NCBI GenBank assembly: GCA_915066865.1
Contig: CAJZEE010000001.1
Location: forward strand, 835 to 64,834
Direction: 5' to 3'
DNA: 64,000 nucleotides
From: an uncultured Veillonella sp.
Lineage (GTDB): Bacteria; Bacillota; Negativicutes; Veillonellales; Veillonellaceae
In this document: piece by piece, positions 61,675-64,000 of the stretch
Layout: every line of letters begins with the position of its first letter
Numbering within the stretch: the stretch's first letter is position 1
The notes under the pieces: generated by a model
Told to the model about the DNA's origin: nothing
The model's input: the letters and a program-made list of their open reading frames with translations, nothing else
The model's database searches: none
Position numbers and translations under genes: made by a program

Positions 61675-62639
61675 TGGCTAACGATAAAACATTCCCAGAA
61701 GTTAAAACAAACCCATTAACAGAGGCTGCTAAAAAACGTTTGTCTCGTTCCATGATGTTCGTACCAGGTAATACACCTAAAATGATTAACAGTGCAGATA
61801 TTCACGGTGCTGACTCCATCATGATCGATATCGAAGATTCCGTGCCAATTACAGAAAAAGACATAGCTCGTCTTTTAACTGCAGAAGCATTGAAATCCCG
61901 TAAATTCCGTGCAGAAACAGTTGTTCGTATCAACCATCCTACACAAACTCCTTATGGCTATGACGATCTTGATGTTATCGTTCCAGCTAAACCTGATATG
62001 ATTCGTTTACCTAAAACTGAAGATGTTTCTGAAGTTGAAATCGTAGCGAAGAAAATCGAAGAAGTAGAAAAAGCTAACGGCTGGCCAGAAGGTACAATCA
62101 ATATTATCGTAGCTATCGAATCCGTTCGTGGCTTATACAATGTTCGTGAAATCTGCCACGGCCCTCGCGTAGTTGCTATCGCTCTTGGCGCTGAAGACTA
62201 TCGTGCAGACCTTCGCACAGGTAAACATAAACCAGCTGTTGAATTGTTGTTCGCTCGTCAAACAATCCTTCATGCAGCACGCGAAGCAGGTATCCGAGTA
62301 ATCGATACTGTATTCTCCGATGTGAAAGATCCTCAAGGTTTCCGCGAAGAAGTTGAATTCATTAAAGCTTTGGGTTATGATGGCAAATCTTGTATCCACC
62401 CAAGCCAAATCAAAATTATCCACGAAGTATTCACTCCTGACGAAAAAGAAATCGCTCATTCCGTTAAGGTATTGAACAGCTATGCAGATGCATTGCGCAA
62501 CAATAAAGGCGTAATCTCCGTAGATGGTAAAATGATCGATGGTCCTATCGTAGTTCGTGCACAACGCGTAGTTGATAAAGCACGTGCAGCAGGCATTAAA
62601 GTTGAATTAGAGGAAGGAGCAGAATACGATGTTAAATAA
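61674..62639 (+). CDS. citE: Citrate lyase beta subunit (citryl-CoA lyase), HpcH/HpaI aldolase family
   Basis: 321 aa. MFVPG N-terminal motif, acidic metal-binding residues. Start overlaps the citD stop. Confidence 0.8.
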   Translation: MANDKTFPEVKTNPLTEAAKKRLSRSMMFVPGNTPKMINSADIHGADSIMIDIEDSVPITEKDIARLLTAEALKSRKFRAETVVRINHPTQTPYGYDDLDVIVPAKPDMIRLPKTEDVSEVEIVAKKIEEVEKANGWPEGTINIIVAIESVRGLYNVREICHGPRVVAIALGAEDYRADLRTGKHKPAVELLFARQTILHAAREAGIRVIDTVFSDVKDPQGFREEVEFIKALGYDGKSCIHPSQIKIIHEVFTPDEKEIAHSVKVLNSYADALRNNKGVISVDGKMIDGPIVVRAQRVVDKARAAGIKVELEEGAEYDVK

Positions 62640-64000
62640 AGTAGGTCGCGATATCCCAACAAATATCCCAGCACTAGAAGGCCGTGAAGTATATCAAGGT
62701 GAATTCGCCATTGAACCTAAAGTTCATCGTGCAGGTAAACCTGTACACATGAGCCGTGTTGGCACTAATAAAGTACTTGCTTCCATCGATGAAGCAATCG
62801 AAAAGGCTGGCGTAAAAGATGGCATGACTTTGTCCTTCCATCATCACTTGCGCAACGGTGACTATGTAATGAAAATGGTTATGGAACGCGTACAAGCAAA
62901 AGGTATTAAAGATATTACTATCGCGTCTTCTTCCTTGTCCCCATGCCATGAATTCTTGGTAGAAATGATTCAAGACGGCACTGTAACAGCTATTGAAACA
63001 TCTGGCTTGCGCGATCGTCTTGGTAAATTCTTAACACAAAACCCTGGCGTATTGAAACGCCCTGTAGTGATTCGTTCTCACGGTGGTCGTGCTCGTGCTA
63101 TCGAATCTGGCGAAGTTCATATCGATGTAGCTTTCATGGGTGCTCCTACAGCTGACCCACGCGGTAATGCTACTGGTCGCATGGGCAAATCCGCATGTGG
63201 TGCTCTTGGCTATGCTAAAGTTGACTCCCACTATGCAGATACAACTGTTATTATCACAGATAATTTGGTTGATTATGTACACAACTATGCAATCCCTCAA
63301 ACTGATGTTGATTATGTTGTTGAGGTTGAAAGCATTGGTGATCCAGAAGGTATCGCTTCTGGTGCAGTAGGTTTCACTAAAAACCCTATTCAAATCAAAA
63401 TTGCTGAACTAGCTGGTGAATTCCTTGACCAAGCTGGCATTATCAAAGACGGTTTCGTATTCCAATTGGGCGCTGGTGGTGCTCCATTGACTGTAGCAAA
63501 ATTCATTGCTGAAAAACTTCGTAAACGCGGTGAAGTAGGTGGCTTCGCTATCGGTGGCGCTACTGGTATCTTGACTGGTATGCTTGAAGAAGGCTTGATT
63601 CGTGCTATTTATGATACTCAAACATTCGATACTACTGCAGCTGCATCCTTGGATAAAAACCCTGCTCACATTGAAATGTCCGCTTCCATGTACGCTAACC
63701 CATGGACAGACTGCACTACAAACTACTTAGACGTAGTATTCCTTGGTGCTACTGAAATCGACCTTGATTTCAATGTAAACGTAATGACTGACTCCAACGG
63801 TGTATTGATGGGCGCTTCCGGCGGTCACTCCGACACAGCAGCAGGTGCTAAATGCACAGTTATTACTTGCCCATTGATCCGTGGCCGTTTGCCAATGATT
63901 CGTGACAAGGTAGCAACTGTAATTACACCAGGCTCCTCCGTTGACGTTCTCGTTACTGAATATGGTATCGCCATCAACCCAGCTCGTACTGATTTGATTG
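62629..64000 (+). CDS. citF: Citrate lyase alpha subunit (citrate CoA-transferase), 3-prime partial at window edge
   Basis: ATG at 62629 after RBS gaggaagga. Open frame runs to the end of the window (MLNKVGRDIPTNIPALEGREVYQGEF...). Overlaps the citE stop by 11 nt. Not listed in the ORF track because it has no stop inside the window. Confidence 0.8.
   Translation, partial: MLNKVGRDIPTNIPALEGREVYQGEFAIEPKVHRAGKPVHMSRVGTNKVLASIDEAIEKAGVKDGMTLSFHHHLRNGDYVMKMVMERVQAKGIKDITIASSSLSPCHEFLVEMIQDGTVTAIETSGLRDRLGKFLTQNPGVLKRPVVIRSHGGRARAIESGEVHIDVAFMGAPTADPRGNATGRMGKSACGALGYAKVDSHYADTTVIITDNLVDYVHNYAIPQTDVDYVVEVESIGDPEGIASGAVGFTKNPIQIKIAELAGEFLDQAGIIKDGFVFQLGAGGAPLTVAKFIAEKLRKRGEVGGFAIGGATGILTGMLEEGLIRAIYDTQTFDTTAAASLDKNPAHIEMSASMYANPWTDCTTNYLDVVFLGATEIDLDFNVNVMTDSNGVLMGASGGHSDTAAGAKCTVITCPLIRGRLPMIRDKVATVITPGSSVDVLVTEYGIAINPARTDLI

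Noticed and set aside
62133-63669. Five minus-strand ORFs of 64-143 aa (62133-62564, 62480-62674, 62674-62973, 63031-63393, 63409-63669)
   Set aside because: All lie antisense to the strongly supported citE/citF coding frames. citF is missing from the track only because it has no stop within the window. They have no RBS and are low-complexity shadow ORFs.

Overview
The window is a 64 kb chromosomal segment of a low-GC anaerobic Firmicute. Gene content and operon structure point to a Negativicute such as Veillonella, with a backbone GC of roughly 39-40%. It is mostly conserved housekeeping genes. On the minus strand these include a folD-hypA-hypB operon, a CCA-adding enzyme and penicillin-binding protein pair, L-serine dehydratase (sdaAB), and the hybrid cluster protein hcp with a divergent Crp/Fnr (HcpR-like) regulator. 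Class I fumarate hydratase (alpha and beta subunits) is also present, followed by a tRNA-Asn/Glu/Val cluster. The plus strand carries rpsD and rplM-rpsI, a complete ilvD-ilvA-ilvB-ilvN-(ABC ATPase)-ilvC operon, and the pgeF-yggS-sepF-proC-ylmH division cluster. The rest of the plus-strand backbone is a full heme operon (sirC-hemA-hemC-cobA/hemD-hemB-hemL), dnaE, pyk, and a citrate lyase locus (DASS transporter, citD-citE-citF, partial). The ilv operon is preceded by a 43-aa leader peptide (16 of its first 17 residues are Leu/Ile/Val/Ala/Gly/Ser) and an intrinsic terminator, a classical attenuator. Two AT-rich insertions stand out against this backbone. One is a single-gene islet between rpsI and a crotonase gene. 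It encodes a 322-aa protein whose C-terminus carries an Mrr-like restriction-endonuclease (PD-(D/E)xK, QxK variant) motif, which makes it a candidate standalone defense nuclease. The other is a 3.9 kb island between hemL and ygjP/dnaE. It carries an XRE-family HTH regulator, a small 4-TM membrane protein, two tandem DUF600/EsaG/YezG-like immunity-protein modules (the first interrupted by adjacent stop codons), and two further hypothetical proteins. No toxin gene, integrase or transposase is present, so this looks like an orphan immunity-gene island. No CRISPR arrays, IS elements or rRNA genes are visible.
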